NCBI GenBank assembly: GCA_020060845.1
Contig: JAGUZK010000017.1
Location: 23,935-87,934 of the forward strand
Length of the DNA stretch: 64,000 nucleotides
Source of the DNA: Candidatus Woesebacteria bacterium
GTDB taxonomy: Bacteria > Patescibacteriota > Microgenomatia > UBA8517
Direction: 5' to 3'
Made by a program: the position numbers and the translations under genes. Below, piece after piece: positions 51,213-59,956 of the stretch. Below the pieces are notes generated by a model, which was not told the origin of the DNA, made no database searches, and saw nothing but the letters and a program-made list of their open reading frames with translations. Each line of letters begins with the position of its first letter. Within the stretch, counting starts at the first letter, position 1.

Positions 51213-51244
51213 ACACTAAAAATTACTTCAGGGTGCATTAGTTA

Positions 51245-51448
51245 TCAATTTCTCGATCGAGGCAATCTATCGAATGGATCCTCTTCACGGGATGTTCCAG
51301 CCAATATAGCTTCATTAATAGTAATCCTTTCACGAGGAGGGTTAACACCAAATTCTCCCCACACTTTATTTAGATCTCCTTCGCATGCAAGTTGAACAGT
51401 GGCACTATCAGGAATTCTGACTCCAAAATTTCTAGGGCGTTTTCCCAT
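51245..51448 (-). CDS. Small orphan protein (67 aa)
   Basis: ATG 51448 (MGKRPR) lies downstream of an extended -10, TGGTAGAAT. Confidence 0.45.
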   Translation of the reverse strand: MGKRPRNFGVRIPDSATVQLACEGDLNKVWGEFGVNPPRERITINEAILAGTSREEDPFDRLPRSRN

Positions 51449-51502
51449 AGTTCTATTGCAAAGTAATTCTACCAAATTCTTGCAAATTTTCTAGTTCAAT
51501 TT

Positions 51503-52018
51503 TTACGGAGTATAACGGAATGATCTGACGATTTGATCAAGATCGGAGTAAAGAGACTGCGAATCTGTGGAAAATATGTAAACCCATTCAGGTGTAAAAA
51601 TATAATACATTCTAACTTTTACTCCACCTCTTATTTCGTCTCTAACGACCACTGGAAGACCGTTTATTTCAAAATCATCGATGACTTGGGTAAATTTTAC
51701 TTCATCTTTATCATCAACATCATCAAGATATTCCCTTAAGGACTTGAATGCATGAGCATTTCTGTCCAATTGAATGAAATTGCCTCCTTTTCCAAACTCT
51801 ACATGCGTAAATTTCTCTTTAATCAAGTAATCTTGTGGTAGTCGAAGACTAATATCTATCACTTCAGATTTAAAAGTTTTAAGCCTAACTGCGTCTAGTT
51901 GTTGATCTTGTACTGGGAGGCTCAGCTTATCTTTTTTTGATAAATATCGAAAATAAGCAATTCCTAGGGTGATAATTACTAATACCAGAATAAGTAAAAT
52001 CAGTGGCTGCTTTTTCAT
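51503..52018 (-). CDS. Membrane-anchored PsbP/Mog1-like protein
   Basis: N-terminal TM, ISLRLPQDY, INGLPVV, and C-terminal DQIVRSFRY, typical of PsbP-like folds. Confidence 0.6.
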   Translation of the reverse strand: MKKQPLILLILVLVIITLGIAYFRYLSKKDKLSLPVQDQQLDAVRLKTFKSEVIDISLRLPQDYLIKEKFTHVEFGKGGNFIQLDRNAHAFKSLREYLDDVDDKDEVKFTQVIDDFEINGLPVVVRDEIRGGVKVRMYYIFTPEWVYIFSTDSQSLYSDLDQIVRSFRYTP

Positions 52019-54792
52019 TCGTATCCAAATTCCAGCTTACCATTATTTGTTTTTATATACAATAAAGCCATCCCCTGTACTATATCCCTGTCCCATATTT
52101 CACCATCTTTTCGAAAAACTTGACTTTCATCCTTCTCTCCATCATAGATTATTTTTAGAAGAGCATCATTGTCATCTGACCAGCTTTGGGAAAGTCTTTC
52201 TAAACTTTGTGATTTTTGGCCAAAATTATAATGAGTCATAAATAGATTCTTACCTAGACTAATAGCCCCATTCTCACCATACCTAACTTCTTCAACTGAA
52301 AACAAATCTGTTTTTTCTGCCAGCTTAAATTTACCAACCAACTTAAGAATATTTCCTGCTTTATCCTTCAATATAAAAGTATCCCTCGCACTTTCTTTTC
52401 CCTTCTCAAAGATTACATCAGATATATTTTCATCGATCCCTAAAACTTCGGTGTCCAGTTTTCCCGGGCTAAATTTAATTTTTGCCTCCGGTAGAGTTTT
52501 ATCAATATTAAAAGTAATAACTTTTACATCCTCAACGTTTTCATAAGAATCTACCGAATAAAACTCAAGCCTGTGTTCTCCTTCATCCGAAACTATAAAT
52601 GGTCCTTTATATTCTTTGAAATAACTATCGTCAAGCTTATAACCTGTATAATAAACCCCCGCGTTTCCCTCATTATCATCAACATTAAGTGTCACTTGTA
52701 CATTTGACCTGAACCAGCCACTTTGTCCCTCACTACCAGAAAATTGAATAGTTGTCGTTGGCGGGGTCATATCTTTTTTCTCCCCAAAGAGCGCAAAATA
52801 ACTTGCGTGATTTAAGACTGCTGTTGCAACTTTGTTTTCAAAATCAACTTGGGTGTCTTCTTTGACCCAAGAAACCCCATCTGAACTTGAATAAATAGAG
52901 ATCGAATCTGTCTTGAAATTATTTACATCAAAATCATTAAAATCAATTGTTAGAGTAAAATTTTTAGGAAAAGTATTTATTGGATTTCCTGACGCGTCGA
53001 TCACATTAAGATAAAAACCAGATCCTACTACCTCAAAAGATTCAGAGATAGCCGTAGTTGGAGAATACTGCATGTCAACAGTTAGTGGTTCAGAAGTTGA
53101 ACGTTCTGGAAAACTTAACCCAAAACGCCCTAGTCTAAAAAACCCAGCATTTGAAGTTAGTTCACCAGAAAGACTTTCGATTGCTTTTGTCCAGAGGTAG
53201 TAGCTCTTGCTGCCAGTTCTCTGAATTCCTTTATAGGTAAAAGTGTAAGTTGGCCAAGGATCCGGTTCCTTACTTTGCCAACCAAAGGGATCTGTAAGTC
53301 CGTCGGGCCTATCGTCATTGAAGTTTCCATTGCCATTTTTATCTTGAATAACTGAAAAATGGATATGAGGAGCAGACAACCTCCCAGTTGAACCCACTTT
53401 ACCTATTACCTCACCTTGATTTACGTATCTTGGTGTGGTGAAACTCTGAGAGATAGGGTCGTTGTCTTGAAGATGGTAGTACCTCGTTTGATAGCCATTT
53501 CCATGATCAATTACGACTACATTTCCACAAGCTAGACTTCCACAAGCTGGGTTATTTTTATCTGCCTTGAAAAATTGGGCAACACCCGAAGCTGCTGCTA
53601 AAACAGGGTCGCCATTATTCACCTTAGCCGGGCCTAACCAATCGTAACCGTCGTGATCAGAATAGCGAATATTTCTATTACGAAAGTCTCCCCTAAAGCT
53701 AGTCACTGAATCCTTTGCCTCATCCGGCTCGGATAAGGCGCTTCCTACGTCCAAAAACGGATACTCATGATCAAAATATGACCCAATTGCCAAAGCTGCT
53801 TCTGAAAAACTTAGGCCTTTTGCCCTATAATCCCAAGGCAAATCTAAAAATGGAGCCGGTGGTTGATCTCCACTTCCCCCTGAACAGGCTAAAGCAAAAA
53901 GATTTAAAAAGTAATTCCTCCTATTCTCATCATACTCTGTGTATACATAAAAAGGCTCACCAGAAACTGACAAATACCCCTCATTGAACTTTCCTTCTGC
54001 AAGAATAGTGCGATTATAGTCTCCGCTATTTTCAGATAAAGTTGGCATACTATTTTCCAAAGACATTCCTATAAAGCAAAGCTCATTAAAACCAGTCGCA
54101 ACACTCTGAAGGGTTAAGGTATTAATAGGATTAAAAGTACCATGACCCAGGGGATCCACTGCACCAAATGGGCCAGTTGTAACTGGTGTTCCAACGGGAA
54201 CTGATGAGCTACCGCAAAAATAAAAATCAACGACTTCCTCCTCCGGAAACCTATCAGAAATACCTAGACTCGAAAAAAGAGGGTTAAATCTTGACCCATT
54301 TAGCCCCGGCAACCCCAAACCTTGATAGTCAGAATACCCACCACCTGAAATGTAAACAATTCCACCAGCTCTAATAAATGCCGCAAGCTCATCTCCCTCC
54401 TCATCTGTTAGATCAGAATTCGATAAACCTGCAAAAAACATTTCAAATTTCTTTTGTCCGTTCTCAACAAGCGACCCTGCAGAAATAGTTGAAATAAATG
54501 GTTTAAGCTCAACTGAACAAGAAACAATCCCATTAGTACCAAAATTTGCCTGGTTTAAAAGCGTATTTCTTAGATCTGCAGATGGATCATCTTCAAAGTG
54601 GCTATTTGGAGTAAAGCCCGTTAGAGGAGCTGGGTTGCGGGAGGAATTAAAACCTGATACCCGAATTGTTGAGGCTTGGGTTTGTACGGGAAACAAAAAT
54701 AGAATAAATACTGAACAAAAAATTGTAAGAATCAATGATTTTAAGCTTTTCCCCCAAACTAATGAAGATAAATCTCCTAATGGGCTTGGCAT
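52015..54792 (-). CDS. Secreted multidomain M23 family metallopeptidase
   Basis: Signal peptide (..PVQTQA-ST); M23 motifs HDGYD, GNVVVIDHGNGYQTRYYHL, GKVGSTG, PHIHF; then a ZU5-like domain and an Ig/OmpL47-like domain (DMTPPTT..GEHRLEFYSVD). Confidence 0.85.
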   Translation of the reverse strand: MPSPLGDLSSLVWGKSLKSLILTIFCSVFILFLFPVQTQASTIRVSGFNSSRNPAPLTGFTPNSHFEDDPSADLRNTLLNQANFGTNGIVSCSVELKPFISTISAGSLVENGQKKFEMFFAGLSNSDLTDEEGDELAAFIRAGGIVYISGGGYSDYQGLGLPGLNGSRFNPLFSSLGISDRFPEEEVVDFYFCGSSSVPVGTPVTTGPFGAVDPLGHGTFNPINTLTLQSVATGFNELCFIGMSLENSMPTLSENSGDYNRTILAEGKFNEGYLSVSGEPFYVYTEYDENRRNYFLNLFALACSGGSGDQPPAPFLDLPWDYRAKGLSFSEAALAIGSYFDHEYPFLDVGSALSEPDEAKDSVTSFRGDFRNRNIRYSDHDGYDWLGPAKVNNGDPVLAAASGVAQFFKADKNNPACGSLACGNVVVIDHGNGYQTRYYHLQDNDPISQSFTTPRYVNQGEVIGKVGSTGRLSAPHIHFSVIQDKNGNGNFNDDRPDGLTDPFGWQSKEPDPWPTYTFTYKGIQRTGSKSYYLWTKAIESLSGELTSNAGFFRLGRFGLSFPERSTSEPLTVDMQYSPTTAISESFEVVGSGFYLNVIDASGNPINTFPKNFTLTIDFNDFDVNNFKTDSISIYSSSDGVSWVKEDTQVDFENKVATAVLNHASYFALFGEKKDMTPPTTTIQFSGSEGQSGWFRSNVQVTLNVDDNEGNAGVYYTGYKLDDSYFKEYKGPFIVSDEGEHRLEFYSVDSYENVEDVKVITFNIDKTLPEAKIKFSPGKLDTEVLGIDENISDVIFEKGKESARDTFILKDKAGNILKLVGKFKLAEKTDLFSVEEVRYGENGAISLGKNLFMTHYNFGQKSQSLERLSQSWSDDNDALLKIIYDGEKDESQVFRKDGEIWDRDIVQGMALLYIKTNNGKLEFGYE

Positions 54793-54915
54793 AATAAAGA
54801 TTACTTCTTATTCGCTATAAAGATTGAAATCTTCTTAAATCCTAATATAGATAAAAAATCGTCTCTGCCAAGCATCTTAATCCATTTTTAAGATGTCTTC
54901 CCAAAAATGCAATAC

Positions 54916-56199
54916 TTAAATCTTTTTTAACACCTCGTGAGCTCTTATCTTCCAATCCCAATTTTTTTCTATCATCTCTTTTGCTTCTTTCCCAACTCTT
55001 AACCTATATTTTTCATCCTGTAAAAAGCTTAATATTTTTTCTGCAAAACTGTCTAAATCCCCCAACTTCACTTTCACCATTCCCTTGGGATAATAGGATT
55101 TGTAAGAGGCAAGATTAAATCCAACACATGGAAGACCAAACGCCATTGCCTCAGCTGCAGCCATCCCCCCCGAGTCGTAAAAAGCTGGATGAACAACAAT
55201 TTTACTCTGAGCAAAAATTGAATACTTTTTTGGTCCATCAAACACATAGCCAAATAATTTTATGTTACCAGTTAGTCGGTTCATAGCTATTCGTCTTATA
55301 ACCTCATCCATCAAAGGACCATCCCCAATCATAGCTAACTTTGCATCTGATTTTTTATCGACAACCCGCCTCCAGATATCTATAAGCTCAATGATTCCCT
55401 TTTGTGGGTGGAAACGGCCTTGAAAAACAGCATCATACTTTTTAGTAGTTAGTAGTTGGTAGTTGGTAGTTAAGAATTTTTTAATCTTATCGAGCGGTAC
55501 TGCACCGAGAACTACAATTGCATGACCACTTTTTTTGTGTTTTGGAAAACGTTCTTTTTCTTCCTCATTATTAACCAAAACAAAATCGGCAAATTTTAAG
55601 ATAACAGGCTTGATGGGTTGCTGAACTAACCAGTAAAGAAAGGCTCTAAAATTGTACCTAATTTCTCTTTCTCCCTCAGAAAAACCAATCCAGGGCTTCG
55701 GAGCGGTCTGGTACCAAGCCGCAACCCATTTTACTTGGGGAAAGCGAAGTTTAAGAATAAGAGATGGGAGTGAATCCATCCAAAATTCCGAAGAAGAATA
55801 TATAATGGTTGATGGTCGGCCCTCCTTCGCTGAAGTTTCGGAGACTAGATGATTAATGTTTAGTGAGAAGCCAAGCCTCAATCCTAGATAAATTTTGTAG
55901 AGATACTTTAGTATAAAATTTCGGGGCAAATTTTTTTCAATCTTTATTATTCTTAAACCTTGTCTGTTCGAAATTTGGAATTTAGAATTTAGAAATTGTT
56001 TAGGATTTAGTATTCGGGATTTAGAATCTATGAGTCTTTGTCTTTTCATCATCTCAATCCCCTCTTGAGTAGTGAAAATAGTTACCGGGAACCCCATGCT
56101 CCAGTACCTTGCAAATTCGATAAAAATCCTATCACTCCCTGAAATCCCGCTTCCCGTCGGCGCTAAAGCAAAAAATATAAACTCTAGATTCTTTTTCAT
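54916..56199 (-). CDS. Glycosyltransferase GT4 with three in-frame repeat inserts
   Basis: GISGSD, GRFHPQKG, EAMAFGLP. ATG 56199 overlaps the upstream stop. Confidence 0.88.
   Translation of the reverse strand: MKKNLEFIFFALAPTGSGISGSDRIFIEFARYWSMGFPVTIFTTQEGIEMMKRQRLIDSKSRILNPKQFLNSKFQISNRQGLRIIKIEKNLPRNFILKYLYKIYLGLRLGFSLNINHLVSETSAKEGRPSTIIYSSSEFWMDSLPSLILKLRFPQVKWVAAWYQTAPKPWIGFSEGEREIRYNFRAFLYWLVQQPIKPVILKFADFVLVNNEEEKERFPKHKKSGHAIVVLGAVPLDKIKKFLTTNYQLLTTKKYDAVFQGRFHPQKGIIELIDIWRRVVDKKSDAKLAMIGDGPLMDEVIRRIAMNRLTGNIKLFGYVFDGPKKYSIFAQSKIVVHPAFYDSGGMAAAEAMAFGLPCVGFNLASYKSYYPKGMVKVKLGDLDSFAEKILSFLQDEKYRLRVGKEAKEMIEKNWDWKIRAHEVLKKI
55445..55472. repeat. Heptamer tandem repeat within a CDS
   Basis: GTAGTTA GTAGTTG GTAGTTG GTAGTTA (peptide LTTNYQLLTT). 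Confidence 0.85.
55805..55862. repeat. Heptamer tract interrupted by a 30-bp hairpin element
   Basis: ATGGTTG ATGGTCG [GCCCTCCTTCGCTGAAGTTTCGGAGACTAG] ATGATTA ATGTTTA. Confidence 0.7.
55968..56027. repeat. 60-bp heptamer element (4x7 + 4 + 4x7)
   Basis: TCGAAAT TTGGAAT TTAGAAT TTAGAAA TTGT TTAGGAT TTAGTAT TCGGGAT TTAGAAT. Confidence 0.85.
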
Positions 56200-58172
56200 T
56201 CCCAAGGCCAGACTCTAAAGACTATATCAATAGTATAATCTCCAGTTTTTCCAATCTTCCAAGCATTAGCATAATTGTAAACTAAAAAATGGTTTTTTAT
56301 TTCTTCCTCATCTATCCTAGCTATCCAAAAATCATAGTACGTATTTTTGAAAACTAAAGTAAAGGGTTTTGTGGAATTTTTTACAAAAACCTTATACTTT
56401 GTAGGCGAAAATTTTTGATAGGAAATTTCTATGCCCTCATTCCCACCTAAAACCTCAAACAAAGAACCGCCTTTATTTGGCTCAAACAAATATATCTCTA
56501 AATCCCCAAAATCTTTCAGATACCCAATATCTTTATTTGCTAGAATTATCTCCCTTACCTCCTCAACCGCTAAATCATTTTTGTCTAATCCTTGGACTAA
56601 ATCCTTTCTTAAAATCAAAAAGGCTACATCCAGATCTTCTAGATCTTGAGATTCTATTTTTTTATCCACATTAAGTTCCTTGTGAAGTCCCCAATAGATA
56701 TCATCAAAATACTTTGTCCGTAGTATTTTTGAAATCGCCGGCTTATCGAACAAAAACTCACTAGGCTCAATCCCGCCATAATCCCAACTCATCTTAACCC
56801 CGTCTCCGGCAATCATTGGTAGCATTAATATCCTCCCACTACCATCAAAAGAATTTAAAAATTCATTTGCTTCCTCGTAATATAAAGGAACTCGAACATG
56901 AACATCTTTTGTATAAACAGCTCCAGTCCACATAGGCCAAACTAAAACCCCGCAAGACAAAAACAAAATCCCGCCAACAGCAACTTCCCTGATTTTAGGT
57001 TTCAGCTTCTGATAAATAAAATTTACTCCAAGCGCAAAAAATATTGAGTAAGGCAGGACAAAAACAAGTCCAAATTTTTCCCAAGGGTTTCTCAAAACCG
57101 TACTAATTGGAAAGATAGAAAATAGAAATTTAAAAAAAATATCTCCAAAAGGAGGGTTAGAACCTTTACTCACAAACCAGCCAACTATAAAAAGAGAGAT
57201 GAAAAAACGCCAACTTTTTTGTGTTCGACTTGCCAATACACCCACAGATACGATAAAAAAAATTATCAAGCTGACAATTTTAGAAACATAGGAAGCATAA
57301 AAAAAATACCAATGGCTGGAAGATCCAAACAAAAACCTCTGTCTTAAAAAGAGTATCTCTCCAGTAGGGAAATAAATACTAGTTCCTCTTAAAGTATCAT
57401 AGTTTTCATTAATTCCAGCAACTTCAGAAAAGGAACTTTCGCCCAATTTAGTAAGCGGATAAATCCACCAGATATTAACTGTTATAAAAAATAAAAAGAA
57501 GGCTAAAAAACCTCCCATTTCTTTATATCTTACTTCTGCCTTTTTTTCACTTACAAAAGTTAAGACAATGAAAACAAAAACTGGAGCCAACAAGGTAATA
57601 ACATTTGAAGGTTGTCCAAAAGTATTTGAAATAAACAACAAGCTTATTGTCGAAATCAAAATCCACTTTTTTTTAAAAGTTCCAATCCATTTAACAAATA
57701 AGAATAAAAAAAATGGTATGAATGCCCAGCCAAACATGCCTGCAGTTATGAAACGATTCCAAACTTGAGACTGTGTGTAAAGGTTAAAAAGATAAAAAAG
57801 ACTACTGACAAAAGAAATGAAATCTTTTTGAAAAAATTCTTGCGACAATAAATACATCCCCACAAGACCTACACTCAGTATGATGAAAAAAATAACTGCT
57901 TGAGCGATCCAACTTGAAACAAATAAATCTAAAAGAGAAACAATTGATAGATAGATAATCCTTGGAAGAATGACCGGCATTGGATACCCAGTTCCCGTTT
58001 CATACCAAGTGTGAGTGTAAATATTTAAAATTCTTTGAGGTTCATAAAATAAAAGTCCTTCTTCACCTGCGGCTAAAATTTTTCTGTCACGAAACCATGA
58101 TAATATCAGAAAAACAGACAAAAATAGATAAACTAAATACCATCTCTTTGACAATATTCTTAATATCGACAT
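56196..58172 (-). CDS. AftD-N/YfhO-like GT-C membrane protein (compact paralogue)
   Basis: KGSNPPFG, LRNPWEKFG, VPLYY, SPTKYKV..LVFKNTY..W..HFLVYNYANAW; no terminal TM. Confidence 0.7.
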   Translation of the reverse strand: MSILRILSKRWYLVYLFLSVFLILSWFRDRKILAAGEEGLLFYEPQRILNIYTHTWYETGTGYPMPVILPRIIYLSIVSLLDLFVSSWIAQAVIFFIILSVGLVGMYLLSQEFFQKDFISFVSSLFYLFNLYTQSQVWNRFITAGMFGWAFIPFFLFLFVKWIGTFKKKWILISTISLLFISNTFGQPSNVITLLAPVFVFIVLTFVSEKKAEVRYKEMGGFLAFFLFFITVNIWWIYPLTKLGESSFSEVAGINENYDTLRGTSIYFPTGEILFLRQRFLFGSSSHWYFFYASYVSKIVSLIIFFIVSVGVLASRTQKSWRFFISLFIVGWFVSKGSNPPFGDIFFKFLFSIFPISTVLRNPWEKFGLVFVLPYSIFFALGVNFIYQKLKPKIREVAVGGILFLSCGVLVWPMWTGAVYTKDVHVRVPLYYEEANEFLNSFDGSGRILMLPMIAGDGVKMSWDYGGIEPSEFLFDKPAISKILRTKYFDDIYWGLHKELNVDKKIESQDLEDLDVAFLILRKDLVQGLDKNDLAVEEVREIILANKDIGYLKDFGDLEIYLFEPNKGGSLFEVLGGNEGIEISYQKFSPTKYKVFVKNSTKPFTLVFKNTYYDFWIARIDEEEIKNHFLVYNYANAWKIGKTGDYTIDIVFRVWPWE

Positions 58173-59956
58173 ATTGCTATTAAATCTAAAGATTCATCAA
58201 CATTCAATTTCTTAATAAAAAAGTCTTCTTTACAAATCTCTAATACCTTTCTAGGAGATGCTGAATAAATACCTAGGCGAACAAGACGAACAAAAAATTC
58301 GAAAAAAAATATTTTTATTCTTCTGGGTAAAATGTTTCTAATTTCTAAAAAATCCAATCTCAACACTTCTAAAACTTTCTTTTTTCTATCATTTTCGTAC
58401 TTCTTCGCTCTTGGACTCCCGTGAAGTCCATAAAAAAACACCTTTGAAAAAAACCTTGAAAGAATTTCTTCTAACTCTTTTTTGGAATATTCTCTAATGT
58501 GATAAGGGTTCTCGTTGAAAGATTGGGTCAACCGATTTGGTGTAGACAGCAAAAAAAAACCTCTCTTCTTCATTAGTCTCTTTACATTTAAAAGAAAATC
58601 TTCGGGTTTCTCTAGGTGCTCAATAACCTGAAAAGAAACGACCAAATCAAATTTTTTCGAGGTTTTGAATTTCGTAACATCGAAACATTCAAATTTGAGA
58701 TTATTCCTTTGGTAAATCTCTTTCGCTTTAGCAATCGATTGGCCATGTATATCCACAGCTAAAACTTCTTTCGCGACTTCTGAAATTTCGAAGGCGCCTA
58801 GACCCGAACCACACCCTAATTCAAGAACAGTCTTACCTTTAGCTAGTCTTTTACAAAATTCGTAAACCTTTTGATGCTGAAAAAAAGTTGGCATCATCCA
58901 GACGACATTGGGGTCTGTCCTTTCCCCTACGCTATCAAATTTTAACTGCCAAAAATATCTTTTCCTAAATAAAAAATAAGATAAGACAATACTTTTAGGG
59001 TAAACATAGTTTTCAAAAGATACCGAAGATCTTAAATTCTTTTTCCCCATATAAAATGGGAGTAATCTTAAAAAATCAACATGGGCATAAAACAAAGCTA
59101 ACACAAAAGTAAACTTTCCAGTTAAAAGATAGTAAAAATAAGTTATTAATTCTAAAAAAAATCTAGCGGTAAGGCTTTTTACCAAAAGCTTGTACGGCAA
59201 ATTTTTTAATAGTAAGATTAGATTATTGCGATGCTCATAATACCTTTTCTTAAGCAAATTCTTTTTAGCACTTGCCGCAACTTTATGATAAACAACTGAG
59301 TCAGGAATAAAAATAATTTTAAACCCCAAATTTTGAACTCTCCAACAAAAGTCAATTTCTTCCATATAATTAAAGAAGTTCTCGTCAAATAAATATCGAG
59401 TGATATGGATAATAGACCTCCTTATACATATCGCCGCTCCACTAGCCCAAAAAATTGGACACTTAAAATCATATTGGCCCAAATCTTTTTCAAGGGTATT
59501 AAAAATTCTACCTCTCGTAAAAGGATAGCCAAACCTGTCTATAAACCCGCCGGCTGCACCTGCGTAATCAAAATAATCTTTTTTTGAATACAAACGAATT
59601 TTAGGTTGAATAATCGCAATCGATTCGTCAGACTCGAAAGTCTTCACAACCGAACCAAGCCAATTTTTATCTACAACCGTATCATTATTTAAAAGAACAA
59701 TATATTCACCCCTTGCCTTTTTAAAAGCCCAATTATTTCCTCCCGCAAAACCCAGATTTCTTTCTAATCGGAAAATAGAGGCATAATTTCTAAATCTATC
59801 TTTTAATATTTTCGCTTCGTCCCGTAGTGAGCCATTATCCACAACTATTACTTCGTAATTGGAGTATCTAGTTCTTTTAAGAGAATTTAAACAATGAATC
59901 GTATCTCTAACACCATTCCAATTTAAAATTATTATGGAAACCATTGGGCTTCTCAT
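58160..59956 (-). CDS. GT2 fused to a class I SAM methyltransferase
   Basis: N-terminal NLGFAGGNN, LLNND, FWASGAA, EEIDFCWR; C-terminal LELGCGSG, FQVIEHL, STPN, NPYHIREY. Confidence 0.87.
   Translation of the reverse strand: MRSPMVSIIILNWNGVRDTIHCLNSLKRTRYSNYEVIVVDNGSLRDEAKILKDRFRNYASIFRLERNLGFAGGNNWAFKKARGEYIVLLNNDTVVDKNWLGSVVKTFESDESIAIIQPKIRLYSKKDYFDYAGAAGGFIDRFGYPFTRGRIFNTLEKDLGQYDFKCPIFWASGAAICIRRSIIHITRYLFDENFFNYMEEIDFCWRVQNLGFKIIFIPDSVVYHKVAASAKKNLLKKRYYEHRNNLILLLKNLPYKLLVKSLTARFFLELITYFYYLLTGKFTFVLALFYAHVDFLRLLPFYMGKKNLRSSVSFENYVYPKSIVLSYFLFRKRYFWQLKFDSVGERTDPNVVWMMPTFFQHQKVYEFCKRLAKGKTVLELGCGSGLGAFEISEVAKEVLAVDIHGQSIAKAKEIYQRNNLKFECFDVTKFKTSKKFDLVVSFQVIEHLEKPEDFLLNVKRLMKKRGFFLLSTPNRLTQSFNENPYHIREYSKKELEEILSRFFSKVFFYGLHGSPRAKKYENDRKKKVLEVLRLDFLEIRNILPRRIKIFFFEFFVRLVRLGIYSASPRKVLEICKEDFFIKKLNVDESLDLIAICRY

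Noticed and set aside
51100-51245. Integron attC site or mini-CRISPR between the small orphan ORFs
   Set aside because: No RYYYAAC/GTTRRRY ends, no regularly spaced repeats of 20 bp or more, and no integrase or cas gene.
54873-54895. CATCTTAA-N7-TTAAGATG inverted repeat upstream of the M23 gene as a terminator
   Set aside because: The stem is AT-rich with no adjacent U-tract. It could be an operator, but there is no supporting evidence.
49406-54915. Prophage or IS element explaining the non-glycan insert
   Set aside because: No integrase, transposase, phage structural genes or terminal repeats seen.
175-59587. Many short + strand ORFs in the track (e.g. 175-408, 6974-7462, 43065-43451, 50540-51115)
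   Set aside because: They lie antisense to well-supported minus-strand genes and have no motifs, so they are shadow ORFs. Only asnB is credible on the + strand.
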